A DNA stretch of 55,361 nucleotides from an uncultured virus (IMG/VR IMGVR_UViG_3300031992_000037) (lineage: Duplodnaviria > Heunggongvirae > Uroviricota > Caudoviricetes), in the IMG/VR virus record IMGVR_UViG_3300031992_000037. One strand, written 5' to 3'. Position numbers and translations under genes: made by a program. Shown piece after piece: positions 42,801-53,383 of the stretch (positions are counted from its first letter, which is position 1; every line of letters begins with the position of its first letter). A model generated the notes under the pieces. That model saw nothing but the letters and a program-made list of their open reading frames with translations. It ran no database searches and was not told the DNA's origin.

Positions 42801-43415
42801 ATGGAAGAAAATTACTTACCTAACACTCACAAAACACGTTATGTAAAAGCAACTATTTATCTTGAAGTTCCTGAAGACTTAGATGATGAAGACAAGATAG
42901 AACGTGAGATTGAACGTCTACTTAATTATGGTTCTTTGTATTTTACAGGGCCGGCAGACGTAATGGTTAGTGAATGCGGCGGTGATGAACCAGAAAAATT
43001 CGATAGTCCAGTCGGTTATATTGCTCCTGACGGTAAGTTTTATCTCATGGAATCATCTGAGAATGGCCTTGCACATTTCGAATTAGCTCCTCTTATGCTC
43101 AAGATATATGGAGATAAATTAGATAGGACACTTCTATATGGAGATGGGATGAGTATAGATTATGGTTTAGAAAAAGCAGGATTTGTAAAGGTACATGATT
43201 ATGATATACGTTATCTGGCTCATTTTCAAGTCGGATTTGGCGATAATGAACGATACACACCAGATATTACAGATGCACAATTAGAATCTATAATTCATTA
43301 TTGTGAGTTATGGAAGCATGATGGATATATTAATGTAAACGATAAACTAGTAGAAGTATCTAAAATTAAACAAGCTGATAAGTATGCATTAAGAAAAATA
43401 TTTAGTTTGATTTAA
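42801..43415 (+). CDS. Hypothetical protein (GYIAPDGKF...H motif)
   Basis: ATG at 42801 within track ORF 42681..43415. Confidence 0.8.
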   Translation: MEENYLPNTHKTRYVKATIYLEVPEDLDDEDKIEREIERLLNYGSLYFTGPADVMVSECGGDEPEKFDSPVGYIAPDGKFYLMESSENGLAHFELAPLMLKIYGDKLDRTLLYGDGMSIDYGLEKAGFVKVHDYDIRYLAHFQVGFGDNERYTPDITDAQLESIIHYCELWKHDGYINVNDKLVEVSKIKQADKYALRKIFSLI

Positions 43416-43418
43416 TAT

Positions 43419-43802
43419 ATGAGGGCAAATGAATTAATGATGGAAGATTGGGTTCGATATAAATCATCTAAAAATCCTGTAATTATTAAGGATTACAGAC
43501 AATTAGATGGTATAGAAACAGATTATTATGAACCTATTCCTCTTACAAATGAAATATTAGAGAATAATGAATTTGAATATGTTGAAGATGATACTTATAT
43601 ATATAAATATACTGATCAACAAAAATTAATTCGTATATATTTAGATGATTGGAAAAATAACACATGGGCTATTACTATTAGTGTAATGGACAGAATTACA
43701 AAACAAGAATTTAAATATATGGCAGGAAATATTTCCATAAATGTTCATGAATTACAACATATTCTTAAAATTTGTAAAATAGAAAAAGAAATTGTATTAT
43801 GA
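43419..43802 (+). CDS. YopX-like family protein (ELMxxDWV...PIPLTxEILExN...VHELQH)
   Basis: Paralog of 47966..48361. Confidence 0.8.
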   Translation: MRANELMMEDWVRYKSSKNPVIIKDYRQLDGIETDYYEPIPLTNEILENNEFEYVEDDTYIYKYTDQQKLIRIYLDDWKNNTWAITISVMDRITKQEFKYMAGNISINVHELQHILKICKIEKEIVL

Positions 43803-44203
43803 CAACAATAAATCATGAATATTACGTATCACTTGAAGTGGCAAAATTGTTAAGAGAATCTGGATTTAATTGGGAATGCCGTAAGGTATATAAGACTGTT
43901 ATGACAGAGGATTTAACCCTATTCACGTGTACGAAGGAGGAAGGATACAGAAACACATCTGAATTTATTTGTTCTGCTCCAACTCTAGATGTAGCACAAA
44001 GATGGTTAAGAGAAGTGAAAAATGCCCATATTGAAATCTCTTATGATAAAGAGAGAATGTGGAATGTTACATGTATATTTGATATTGATAAAACCGTAAC
44101 TATTGATAATTATTATTATGAAAAGTATTTTGATTCTTATGAAGACGCTCAAGAGAAGGGTATAAAGAAAGCACTTGAAATGATTTTAGAGGAAGGAGAA
44201 TAA
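43799..44203 (+). CDS. Hypothetical protein (VSLEVAKLL...SAPT...QRWLRE family)
   Basis: Paralog of 48358..48798. Confidence 0.85.
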   Translation: MTTINHEYYVSLEVAKLLRESGFNWECRKVYKTVMTEDLTLFTCTKEEGYRNTSEFICSAPTLDVAQRWLREVKNAHIEISYDKERMWNVTCIFDIDKTVTIDNYYYEKYFDSYEDAQEKGIKKALEMILEEGE

Positions 44204-44335
44204 TATGGAAATTTTTATTATTTTTATTACTTCAGTAATAGCAGGACTTTTGCTTTTTATTGCATTAACTATAAACTCTATCAGTCATGACTTATTTAGT
44301 ATTAAACGATTTTTAAAAAAGAGAGAAGAAGAATT

Positions 44336-44524
44336 ATGACTAAAGAAGAAATTAAACAATTGTTTGAGAATACACTTAATAAAGAAATGCTTAATGAAAT
44401 ATATAAGCATGATTATCAAGACAGTTCTCATCTAATTAATCCGTATTTGATTGATACTCAAAAACTGATAAAATTAATTAATAACATAAGAAAAAGTAAA
44501 AATTATGACAAGTTTATATTATAA
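44336..44524 (+). CDS. Hypothetical protein
   Basis: Track ORF. Confidence 0.6.
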   Translation: MTKEEIKQLFENTLNKEMLNEIYKHDYQDSSHLINPYLIDTQKLIKLINNIRKSKNYDKFIL

Positions 44525-44714
44525 TAATAATAGGACTAATGTTACAATTACTATTGTTTTTAATGTTGCTGATGATTATCATTATCCATACATTACAAAA
44601 ATAGTTGTTGGGGGCACTACTCTTAAAGAGAATAAGTTTGAAACACAAGAAGAAGCATTGCGTGACTTTATGTGGTTAGTATCAAGTAATATTCTGAAGG
44701 AAGAAAATGTGTAA
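44505..44714 (+). CDS. Hypothetical protein
   Basis: Track ORF. Confidence 0.65.
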   Translation: MTSLYYNNNRTNVTITIVFNVADDYHYPYITKIVVGGTTLKENKFETQEEALRDFMWLVSSNILKEENV

Positions 44715-44803
44715 TTATGACCGCGAAAGTAAAAGAAATAGATACTGCCATAGATGTTGGTTAATTAGGCATCATTGTCTGCAAAAAGAAGGAGAATAAG
44801 ATT

Positions 44804-45022
44804 ATGAATAAACAAAAAATTATCGCTTGGATAGCAAGAAATGAAGATACTAGTTTGTACATCTATATAGGAGAATGTCCATATAAAACAGATTGTAATT
44901 GGGATGTCATTTATCGAGATGGAGTAAACATACAGGAACTAAATAGCGATTTGTATCCTCAAGTTAAATGGGAAGACCACGAACCCACTAAAGTTGAATT
45001 AACAATTAATATTTGTGAGTAA
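44804..45022 (+). CDS. Hypothetical protein (AWIARN...PQVKWED.EP family)
   Basis: Track ORF. Confidence 0.75.
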   Translation: MNKQKIIAWIARNEDTSLYIYIGECPYKTDCNWDVIYRDGVNIQELNSDLYPQVKWEDHEPTKVELTINICE

Positions 45023-45024
45023 AT

Positions 45025-45198
45025 ATGAATTTATTACAGGCTTTGACTCTTATTAAAGAGCCTAATTATACTACATTAGAACAATCAAAGCGCCTTACGG
45101 ACTTAGGTTTGCCTAAAGAAAGTGCAGATATGTACTACAAACTACAATATAAAGATGTTTGTGCAGGGGAATCCTTGAAGATATTGACAAACTTGTAA
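45025..45198 (+). pseudogene. Truncated member of the TTxEQSKRLxxLGLPxxSADM family
   Basis: NYTTLEQSKRLTDLGLPKESADMYY followed by an early TAA. Confidence 0.6.
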
Positions 45199-45394
45199 GC
45201 AATTTGTTCAATAAAGATGTGCACCCACAACACACGGGAGATATTTTTCATTATGGCTGGCGTAAAATTGAAATTGCGCAACATAAAGAGAAAGGAAACG
45301 AGAAATGAAAAAGATAATGTATAATGAACAGTTTGGCTTGCAGCAAGCCACGTTTGAACGAAATAACATTATTAACAATTAAAACACAAACATT

Positions 45395-45697
45395 ATGACA
45401 GATTACACAGGAAAGAAAGTAATTGTCCGCTCGCACGGAGCGGGAGTGTTCTTCGGAACGTTGAAAGAATTTGATGCCGCCAACGGTATCGTAGAGTTAA
45501 CAAACTGCCGCCGTGTGTGGTACTGGAGCGGTGCAACCTCGCTGTCCCAACTCGCTTGCGAGGGCGTTAAGAATGCCGGAGGCAGCAAGATAACGCAAGA
45601 GGTTGCGTCTATATGCGTTACACAAGTTTTGGAAATTATTCCATGCACGGAAGAGGCTATTGAAAATCTAAATCGTGTGCCGGTATGGAAGATGTAA
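45395..45697 (+). CDS. Sm-like/DUF6948-like protein
   Basis: GKKVIVRSHGAGVFFG...RRVWYWSGA.SLSQLA.EG. Confidence 0.85.
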   Translation: MTDYTGKKVIVRSHGAGVFFGTLKEFDAANGIVELTNCRRVWYWSGATSLSQLACEGVKNAGGSKITQEVASICVTQVLEIIPCTEEAIENLNRVPVWKM

Positions 45698-46404
45698 TTA
45701 AACGCTTTTTAGCAGTAGAATATGGCTATGGTTATGGTTATGGCTTTGGCTATGGCTATGGCTATGGCGATGGCGATGGCTCTGGCGATGGCTCTGGCTC
45801 TGGCTATAGCGATGGCGATGGCGATGGCTCTGGCGATGGCTCTGGCTTTGGCTATAGCGATGGCTATGGCTATGGTTATGGCTCTGGCTTTGGCTATGGC
45901 TCTGGCGATGGCGATGGCTCTGGCGATGGCGATGGCTCTGGCATAAAATCTTTTTGTGGGCAAAAAGTCTATATCATAGATAGCGTGCAAACTCTTATCG
46001 ATAGTATACATGGCAATTATGCAAGAGGTGCGATACTCAAATCTGATTTGACTACCGAGTCTTGCTACATAGCTAAGGTAGGCAATTTCTTTGCTCACGG
46101 CACTACGCTCAAGCAGGCGTTTGCAGACGCACAAGAAAAGTACGACAGGAACAGATCTATAAAAGAACGCATTGCAGATTTCGTGCAGCAATACCCGACA
46201 CTTGACACAAAGTGCAAGGGCGCAGACCTCTTCCGGTGGCACAATGTCCTAACGGGCTCGTGCCAATTAGGCAGAGAGCAGTTTTGCAACGAGCGTGGCA
46301 TTAACCCCGATACCGTTACGATGACTGTAAGAGAGTTTATAGAACTGACAAAAAACGCCTACGGCAGTAAGGCAATCCTACTACTGCGTGAAGCGTATAA
46401 CTAA
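45685..46404 (+). CDS. Protein with Gly-X dipeptide repeat tract (GYGDGSG) and conserved C-terminal domain
   Basis: 6-nt GGCxxT repeat at 45721-45942; C-terminal FAHG...WHNVLTGSC..GR. Confidence 0.85.
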   Translation: MEDVIKRFLAVEYGYGYGYGFGYGYGYGDGDGSGDGSGSGYSDGDGDGSGDGSGFGYSDGYGYGYGSGFGYGSGDGDGSGDGDGSGIKSFCGQKVYIIDSVQTLIDSIHGNYARGAILKSDLTTESCYIAKVGNFFAHGTTLKQAFADAQEKYDRNRSIKERIADFVQQYPTLDTKCKGADLFRWHNVLTGSCQLGREQFCNERGINPDTVTMTVREFIELTKNAYGSKAILLLREAYN

Positions 46405-46565
46405 CATTAACGGCTGTGCTATCGGCTTGACGGGCATTGATTATGAAGACAAAAATTGTGCCGTTCGACTTGGAGACGGCAAAGGCACATGGGAAAGTAA
46501 CCCGCTTGTCTTTGCTTACGAATACAAGCGAATTGACTAAATTCAGGTACTAAAACGATAAGACA

Positions 46566-46850
46566 ATGATAACATTAGGAATTATTTTATTAGTAGTAGC
46601 ATTTTTATGCGCGAGTACCTATTTTGTATCAATTTTTATTGATTGTTATAATGAATCGGTTTTGAAAATTATTATGATATTGGGGGGCGTAACAGCTTTG
46701 TTAGGTGCAATTATAATAATAGTTTCTATAGCCTAAAAACCGACCGATAAAGATGTATTGGATGGCAAAGCCGAGTATCGAGAAACACAAATAATAACAG
46801 GTACTGATACTGTTAAAACTTATCATATTATATGGAAACAAGAGAATTAA
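46566..46850 (+). pseudogene. Paralog of 41306..41578 with in-frame TAA at 46734
   Basis: ...VSIA*KPTDKDVLDGKAEYRETQIITGTDTVKTYHIIWKQEN aligns with EKDILTGEAIYQE...DTIKTYEIIWKQKN. Confidence 0.75.
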
Positions 46851-47323
46851 AGATTGATGTGCCGGAAGGGTATGAGATAGACAAAGAAAAGTCTACTTTT
46901 GAACACATTGTGCTTAGAAAAATTTCTAATTCATTACCAAGGAGTTGGGATGAATATTGTAGGCAACAAAAAGATATGGGTCTTACTGGGTATTATCTTA
47001 ATAATACTAAAATAAATGAATGTTCATGGAGAGATATGAGCATTCCTTCTAACTGGAGTAGTGTTTTACCTTCCAGAGAATTAGCAGAAGCAGTTTGTGC
47101 TTTGATGCAATTAATGTCCCTTAGACAAGCATGGATTGGTGACTGGGAACCTAATTGGGATGGATATACGTGCCATCATTGTATTGTTACTATTGAAAAC
47201 AAATATTGTGTCCAACAATATTATGACTCTTATCGAGCTTTATCTTTTCCAACATCAGAAAAGGCAGAAGATTTTATGAATACCTTTAAAGATTTATTGG
47301 AAATTGCCAAGTCTTTAATATGA
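46832..47323 (+). CDS. 'METRELKIDVP' family hypothetical protein
   Basis: Paralog of 41560..42072. Confidence 0.85.
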   Translation: METRELKIDVPEGYEIDKEKSTFEHIVLRKISNSLPRSWDEYCRQQKDMGLTGYYLNNTKINECSWRDMSIPSNWSSVLPSRELAEAVCALMQLMSLRQAWIGDWEPNWDGYTCHHCIVTIENKYCVQQYYDSYRALSFPTSEKAEDFMNTFKDLLEIAKSLI

Positions 47324-47538
47324 TGAAGTCTTAATTTATCTTTAGGATATTGATTTATTCTAAAGATACTAATTTTAAAATTTATTTTATTTATGAATCC
47401 AAAATGGTGCAATTACCCGGACAATGAATTAGGAGATGCCACTACTCCAGGCTTAGGTTGTTGGGGATTATTAAATAAATTTGTAAAATCTGAAGAAGAT
47501 TGTAAAGATTGTGAATTATATAAAAAATTAAAACAAGT

Positions 47539-47964
47539 ATGAAACAGTTACAAAGCGATTTTACAACCCCTGAGCAGTCAAAGAGACTGTTAGAATTAGG
47601 GCTTCCCGCTGATAGCGCGAATATGCATTATAAACAATATTCTGAAGCGGTTGTTTATGTAGGTGAAGTCGGAGATGTTCCACAACCGAAAACATATTAC
47701 ATTCATGAGCCTGAATTAAGGCACATTAATCCAGAAGGAACATGGACTTACAAAGATGGAGAAAAGATGAATTTAAGTGGAAAGTATGATGAATTAAGAA
47801 AAACAGACATTCCTTGTTGGTCAGTCGGTAGGCTGATTAAGATATACTTTATTTGCAGTTATCAGTCCGAAATTTTAATAGATTACACAATGGAAGATTT
47901 AGTTGATTATCTTGTATCACTCTTTGAGAGCGTAGCAATGAACTTTTCAAAATTGGAGGAATAA
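47539..47964 (+). CDS. 'LQSDFTTPEQS' family hypothetical protein
   Basis: Paralog of 54988..55347 (PCWSVGRLI, FSKLE). Confidence 0.85.
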   Translation: MKQLQSDFTTPEQSKRLLELGLPADSANMHYKQYSEAVVYVGEVGDVPQPKTYYIHEPELRHINPEGTWTYKDGEKMNLSGKYDELRKTDIPCWSVGRLIKIYFICSYQSEILIDYTMEDLVDYLVSLFESVAMNFSKLEE

Positions 47965-47965
47965 T

Positions 47966-48361
47966 ATGGAAACAACAGATTTAATGATTGGAGATTGGGT
48001 TTTTTATAAAAATTTCAAAGGTAATTTAGTACCTCATAAAATTATATGTATTAGTGAAACCTTTGCGGAATTTGAAGACCCTCCTTATAATTTGTATAAA
48101 TATGAAAGAATGTATCCAATTCCTCTCACACCCGAGATATTGGAGAAGAATGGGTTTGTAATATCAAGTGAACATGCAAATCTTTATTTTTCAGAAGGTG
48201 ATGAAAAAATGAGTTTTTGCTTAAGAAAAATGTATGATAAATTAAACAACTTTGTGTTTTATGGGTCAATATGTTATAATATAGTGAGTCCAATTAAATA
48301 TGTTCACGAACTCCAACACGCACTTAAACTTTGTAAAATTGATAAGGAGATTGTATTATGA
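47966..48361 (+). CDS. YopX-like family protein
   Basis: Paralog of 43419..43802. Confidence 0.8.
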   Translation: METTDLMIGDWVFYKNFKGNLVPHKIICISETFAEFEDPPYNLYKYERMYPIPLTPEILEKNGFVISSEHANLYFSEGDEKMSFCLRKMYDKLNNFVFYGSICYNIVSPIKYVHELQHALKLCKIDKEIVL

Positions 48362-48798
48362 CTCACGAACAATTTATAGAACTTGAAACAGCCAAATTCG
48401 CTAAACAAGCAGGGTTTGATTGGGAAATAAATAGTTATCTATCGTATTATGGTAATTGCCCAGACAATCCACATTGGGCTGTATCTATTCAGCAAGAATA
48501 TAAAGATTGGAATAATTACAAATTTAAACATATTCATGAGGCTTATTCCGCGCCCACTCAATCCGTCTTGCAAAGGTGGTTGAGAGAGATTAAGAATATA
48601 CATATACAAATAATGTTTGATAGTAGTATAACTGTTAATAAATACTATGTTATAATAAAAATAAAAGATGTAACAAAAACAAAAAATATTTATTATAATT
48701 TCTTAATGAGAGATAATCATATTTCTTATTTCGATACTTTCGAAGATGCTCTTGAAGCAGGCTTGAAACAATGTTTAACACTTTTAATTGAGAAATAA
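48358..48798 (+). CDS. Hypothetical protein (SAPT...QRWLRE family)
   Basis: Paralog of 43799..44203. Confidence 0.85.
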   Translation: MTHEQFIELETAKFAKQAGFDWEINSYLSYYGNCPDNPHWAVSIQQEYKDWNNYKFKHIHEAYSAPTQSVLQRWLREIKNIHIQIMFDSSITVNKYYVIIKIKDVTKTKNIYYNFLMRDNHISYFDTFEDALEAGLKQCLTLLIEK

Positions 48799-49016
48799 TG
48801 TTAGTTAGATTTGCAATAATATGGGCATTGCTAAACATAGGTTGCCTGATTCGTGAAATAATGGAATATAGGAAGTCCAGTCGTTGGGGATGGAAATGGT
48901 GGTTAAAATACCACATAAGCGAACTGACAAGATTTGTAATCTCTATAAACAAGGTGCTTATACTCGCTGCTATTGTGTATTGGGTATTAACTGGCTTCAA
49001 ATTAAAGATATTATGA
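48798..49016 (+). CDS. Small membrane protein
   Basis: Two hydrophobic segments; overlaps both neighbours. Confidence 0.6.
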   Translation: MLVRFAIIWALLNIGCLIREIMEYRKSSRWGWKWWLKYHISELTRFVISINKVLILAAIVYWVLTGFKLKIL

Positions 49017-49447
49017 CCGAAGAACAAATCAAACAAAACGCAGATATATATGCCGATAAATTGTATAAAGACGGCAGATGTATAGAAAGTACTGCCCCAA
49101 CAATACAGGAAATATACATCGCAGGTGCTTATAGTCGTGATGAGGAGATTGAACATTACCGCAGAATCGCCACTGCATATAAGATAGATGCACAAGATAC
49201 GGCAGCTGAATGCGAAAGGCTACACGACATTATTGACAAACTCCACAATCCGTGGATTAGCGTGGAGGATAGGTTGCCGGAAAAGATAAACACGTTTATG
49301 TCAGAGCCTGTCTTATGCCGTTATACAAGAGGCAACAAAGAATACTATCACGTTTGTCAATACGACTACGAGTTTGACGAGTGGCAAATAAGCAAAGTCA
49401 CCCACTGGATGCCTATCCCAGAACTGCCGAAAGGAGGTGAGAAATGA
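49013..49447 (+). CDS. DUF551-domain protein
   Basis: ATG at 49013; WISVEDRLP...VTHWMPIPELP. Confidence 0.8.
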   Translation: MTEEQIKQNADIYADKLYKDGRCIESTAPTIQEIYIAGAYSRDEEIEHYRRIATAYKIDAQDTAAECERLHDIIDKLHNPWISVEDRLPEKINTFMSEPVLCRYTRGNKEYYHVCQYDYEFDEWQISKVTHWMPIPELPKGGEK

Positions 49448-49680
49448 AACGTAAAAAGTTTTATATAGTATGTAGAGAATATTTAGATGGAAAGTTTTAT
49501 TTAGGAGTGGATGATGAATTTGATAATTATCATGCTGGGGCTTTTGATAGTCAGAATTGGATATTAAAATTATTTCCAACTAAAGAATCAGCAAAATACT
49601 ATTTACCTCCTTATGTTAAATTAGATGATTGTGATATATATTTAGAAGAGGTTTATATAGAATATTCTAAAAATTTATAA
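49444..49680 (+). CDS. Hypothetical protein
   Basis: Track ORF. Confidence 0.7.
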   Translation: MKRKKFYIVCREYLDGKFYLGVDDEFDNYHAGAFDSQNWILKLFPTKESAKYYLPPYVKLDDCDIYLEEVYIEYSKNL

Positions 49681-50029
49681 GACGATCAAGATATAAAATA
49701 GGTGATGTTGTTTTACTTAAAAGTATTCATGGTTATAAGCATGTCCTTAAAATAGAGGATATGAAATATAATTTTAATGAAGGAGAATATGTTTATTATG
49801 ACAGTGTTTCATTTGTTTATGAATCTAATATATTAGGTCTATTATCAGACTCTGAGGTAAAAGAATATGAACTATATTTAAAATTAAAAGAGAAATATGG
49901 ATAAATATATCAGATTACCATGGCCTGAATATCAATCATATATGGAATATGAGGGTTATGAAGAAAATGCAGTATATGATGTATATAATAATACTGTATT
50001 TATGAGAGAAGATTGGTTTACTAAAATGA

Positions 50030-50464
50030 ATGAAAAATATGGGAACTAATTTTTATTGTGCTTACAGAATAACTCCTGAGAAGCATAAAACTCTACAAGA
50101 GTTATTAGATAAGAACATGTATAAAGAGTTAATTGATACTCTTATGAATTTTACTAAAGAAATTCATATTGGTAAAAGAAGTTGTGGTTGGCAATTTCTT
50201 TTTGAATCAGGTCCTTGGGAATGTAATTTACAATCTATTAAAGATTTCTTGAGTCAACCTGATATAGAAATTTATGATGAATATGGTATTTATTTCACCT
50301 CTGAAGAATTTTGGAAAGAGATTGAAGATTGTTTATATAGAGATGAAAATCATGGTAATGCTAAAGACTATGACAAGAAATATCCATCAGGTTACTGTGT
50401 AGCTCCTTATGAATTTACTTCTGAAGACGGTTTAAGATTTTCTAAAAATATAGATTTTTTCTAA
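50030..50464 (+). CDS. Conserved phage protein (MGTNFY...IHIGKRSCGWQFLF...IYDEYG)
   Basis: Motif recognisable in the translation. Confidence 0.85.
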   Translation: MKNMGTNFYCAYRITPEKHKTLQELLDKNMYKELIDTLMNFTKEIHIGKRSCGWQFLFESGPWECNLQSIKDFLSQPDIEIYDEYGIYFTSEEFWKEIEDCLYRDENHGNAKDYDKKYPSGYCVAPYEFTSEDGLRFSKNIDFF

Positions 50465-50539
50465 TGAATAAAGTATTTTTCTTTTTAGGTATAATTTGTA
50501 TAGTACTAGGTGTAGTATTATATTTTAAATTTTTTAATA

Positions 50540-50761
50540 ATGATTTATTTTGTTAATATAGAAAATAGTGAGCTTATTGCTCAAAGTTTTGAAAATAATA
50601 GTCCAATTATTCCTTAAAAAGGTGATGAAATTTTTTTAAAAAATGATAATTAGCTAGTTGAAGAACGTAATTTTACATATGAAGATACTGAAGGAGCTGA
50701 CGCTCATGTATCTTATAAAACTTTATATGTTTGTTTAAAAAAGATAAAAGAAAATGAATGA
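50540..50761 (+). pseudogene. Small ORF with in-frame TAA (50615) and TAG (50651)
   Basis: MIYFVNIEN...SPIIP*KGDEIFLKNDN*LVEERNFTYE... Confidence 0.5.
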
Positions 50762-50880
50762 AGAATTATTAGCTCAGTCTTATTGTAATAAGATGGGATA
50801 TTATCCAGAAGATGACTGGAGTAATCAATTAATTTCATTAATTAAACTCGCTTTTATAGCAGGTTATAAACTTAAAAGAG

Positions 50881-52968
50881 ATGAAAACATTAGTTCAAGC
50901 AATGAATGAGCATTTTAAACAAATGCTTACAAAATCAGATACCTTATATAAGGTACAAGTTTCTGGTGAAGACCTTTGGGAAACTTATTTAAATGGATTT
51001 AATAAGAAACCAATTTTTAGAGATCCTGCATCTTCTGAATATAATTGTAATAATTGTAAACATTTCATTACGCATTATGGAAATATTGTTATTATAAATA
51101 ATGACAATTCCATTACATCTATCTTTGATTTTAAAGTTCCTGATGAATGTAAAGATGAATATGAAAAAACTATCAAAGATTTAAGTAATCTTATTCATTC
51201 ATCTGTTGTAGGTAATGTTTTTAGTATAACTAAACATACTATTGAAAGATCTAATTATAGTAAATGTTATACTCCTAAATACCGACATATAGGAATTTCT
51301 GAGAATCATAAAATTTATACTCAAGAAGAGGCTGATAAATTTGGAGTAGTTAAGCCAAATCAATTATATACATTTTATCATTTCTATTTAGAAATTCCTG
51401 AACGATATATACTTGATACAGAAGAGTCTTTAGAATCAATAAATGCCAAACATTTATCTGATTTTGAAGCACTTTATAAAGCCTTGAATGAATTTTCTTC
51501 AGATACTATAGAATTGGCTATAGAGTTAATTAAGAATCAAGCACTTTTAAATGCTGAGAAAGATGTTTATAAATTAACTGCTTTATTAAACTTAAAAAAG
51601 GAGTTTGATCTAGTACCTAAATCTCAACGACATAATTGGGTATGGAAACAATGTGTTTCTTTTAAGTATTGTCATATTTATGGGGAACTTATTGGTACAC
51701 TATTAAAAGATTTATCTTCAAAAGATTTGGAAGATGCTTGCAGAGATTGGAATTACAGAGTTGATCCAATAAATTATATGCGGGCTCAGAAACCAATTAC
51801 TAAAAATCAAATAAAATTAGCTCAGCAGTTTGTTGAAGAAAATGGATATTTGGAATCCTTTGATAGAAGATGTGCAACTATCGATGATATTTCAGTATCC
51901 GAGATAATTCATATTAATAATAAATCTAAATCAATATCAATTTTTGATACATTAATATCAAAAACCACTACTAAACCTATTGATTTTGAGAATATTCCAG
52001 AAATTCCAATTCAAGAATTTATGGATAATATTCTGCCAAAATGTACTTCATTAGAAGCTTATTTTGACAATAAACATGTTAATAATTTAGTAACTCTTAT
52101 TACCGCAAAAAATAAAGAGTCTAAACCAATGTTTAAATGGAAAAACAACTTCTCATGGACTTATATAGGAGATTTATCTGGAAAATCTTTGATTACTCAA
52201 GCAGTAAAAAATGCTGGAGGCTTTGTTGATGCACCATTTAGATTTTCTATAATGTGGAATGAAGATGGGCGAAGTATTTGTGATTTAGATGCACATTGTG
52301 TCACACCTCTTTTCAGAGAAATCTTTTTTGCAAATAAATTTGATTCTACAAGTGGTGGTACCTTAGATGTTGATATGATTAGACCTGCTGGAGTGGGTGT
52401 AGAAAATATTTTCTGGAAAGATACTTCTAAAATACCTGATGGTAATTATGAGTTTTTCATAGTTAATTACGATTGTGGAAGAAATTCTGGATGTAAGGCT
52501 GAACTATGTTTCTTAGATCAAGTTTGGACATATCAAATTGATAAAATGATTACCGATAGAATTTATATAGCAACACTTTCTATTAAGGGTGGAAAACTTA
52601 TAGATATTAAACATTCTATAGAACCTATAGAGGTTAATAAGACTGTTTATAATATTTCTACAAACCAATTTTATCCAGTAAAATTAATGTGTTTGTCTCC
52701 AAATTATTGGGGAGATAATGTAGGGAATAAACATTATTTCTTCTTCTTAGAAGGATGTAGAACAGATGAAAAACTAAGGGGATTCCATAATGAATTTCTA
52801 TGTGATGAATTAAAAAATCATCGCAAGGTTTTAGATGTTCTAGCATACTCTATGAAAGTTGAACCTGATAAGAATCAATTATCTGGTTTGGGATTTAATT
52901 CAACGGTTAAAGATGAATTAATTGTTAAAGCACATGGTATTAATAAATTATTTAAAATTATTTTTTAA
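50881..52968 (+). CDS. Large conserved phage protein (CNNCKHF motif; YfaP-like DLDAH...LDVD...VENI domain)
   Basis: 695-aa track ORF. Confidence 0.85.
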   Translation: MKTLVQAMNEHFKQMLTKSDTLYKVQVSGEDLWETYLNGFNKKPIFRDPASSEYNCNNCKHFITHYGNIVIINNDNSITSIFDFKVPDECKDEYEKTIKDLSNLIHSSVVGNVFSITKHTIERSNYSKCYTPKYRHIGISENHKIYTQEEADKFGVVKPNQLYTFYHFYLEIPERYILDTEESLESINAKHLSDFEALYKALNEFSSDTIELAIELIKNQALLNAEKDVYKLTALLNLKKEFDLVPKSQRHNWVWKQCVSFKYCHIYGELIGTLLKDLSSKDLEDACRDWNYRVDPINYMRAQKPITKNQIKLAQQFVEENGYLESFDRRCATIDDISVSEIIHINNKSKSISIFDTLISKTTTKPIDFENIPEIPIQEFMDNILPKCTSLEAYFDNKHVNNLVTLITAKNKESKPMFKWKNNFSWTYIGDLSGKSLITQAVKNAGGFVDAPFRFSIMWNEDGRSICDLDAHCVTPLFREIFFANKFDSTSGGTLDVDMIRPAGVGVENIFWKDTSKIPDGNYEFFIVNYDCGRNSGCKAELCFLDQVWTYQIDKMITDRIYIATLSIKGGKLIDIKHSIEPIEVNKTVYNISTNQFYPVKLMCLSPNYWGDNVGNKHYFFFLEGCRTDEKLRGFHNEFLCDELKNHRKVLDVLAYSMKVEPDKNQLSGLGFNSTVKDELIVKAHGINKLFKIIF

Positions 52969-52970
52969 TT

Positions 52971-53345
52971 ATGTATAAAGAAGCTTCTAAAATGAAATTA
53001 AGATTTTCATCTAAAAAGGGAAATCTTACAGTTGAACAATTATGGGATTTAACTATGTCCGATTTAAAGGATATTATTATAAATCTATATAATTCAAAAC
53101 AAAAACCTAATCTTTCTGAGTTAGATTTCTTGCAAGTAGTATCTGAAGAAGATGAAATATCTAATTTAGCATACAATATTGCTGTTGACGTTTATAAGAC
53201 ACGACAAAAAGAATCTGAAGAGTATAAAAATAAACTTGAGAAAAAGGCTTATAATCAACACCTTGCTGATATTATTGCTGAAAAAGAAGATGCTGAATTG
53301 AGAAACAAATCAATTGAAGAATTAAAGGCAATGCTTAAAGATTAA
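52971..53345 (+). CDS. Conserved helical protein (LRF.S.KGNL.VEQLWDL), adjacent to the upstream gene
   Basis: Track ORF. Confidence 0.85.
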   Translation: MYKEASKMKLRFSSKKGNLTVEQLWDLTMSDLKDIIINLYNSKQKPNLSELDFLQVVSEEDEISNLAYNIAVDVYKTRQKESEEYKNKLEKKAYNQHLADIIAEKEDAELRNKSIEELKAMLKD

Positions 53346-53383
53346 TCTTATTAAGGGAGTGGGAAACCACTCCCTTTTACATT

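Noticed and set aside
45709..46242. AIAIAR and MAMAL repeat ORFs
   Set aside because: They are alternative frames of the Gly-X hexanucleotide repeat gene.
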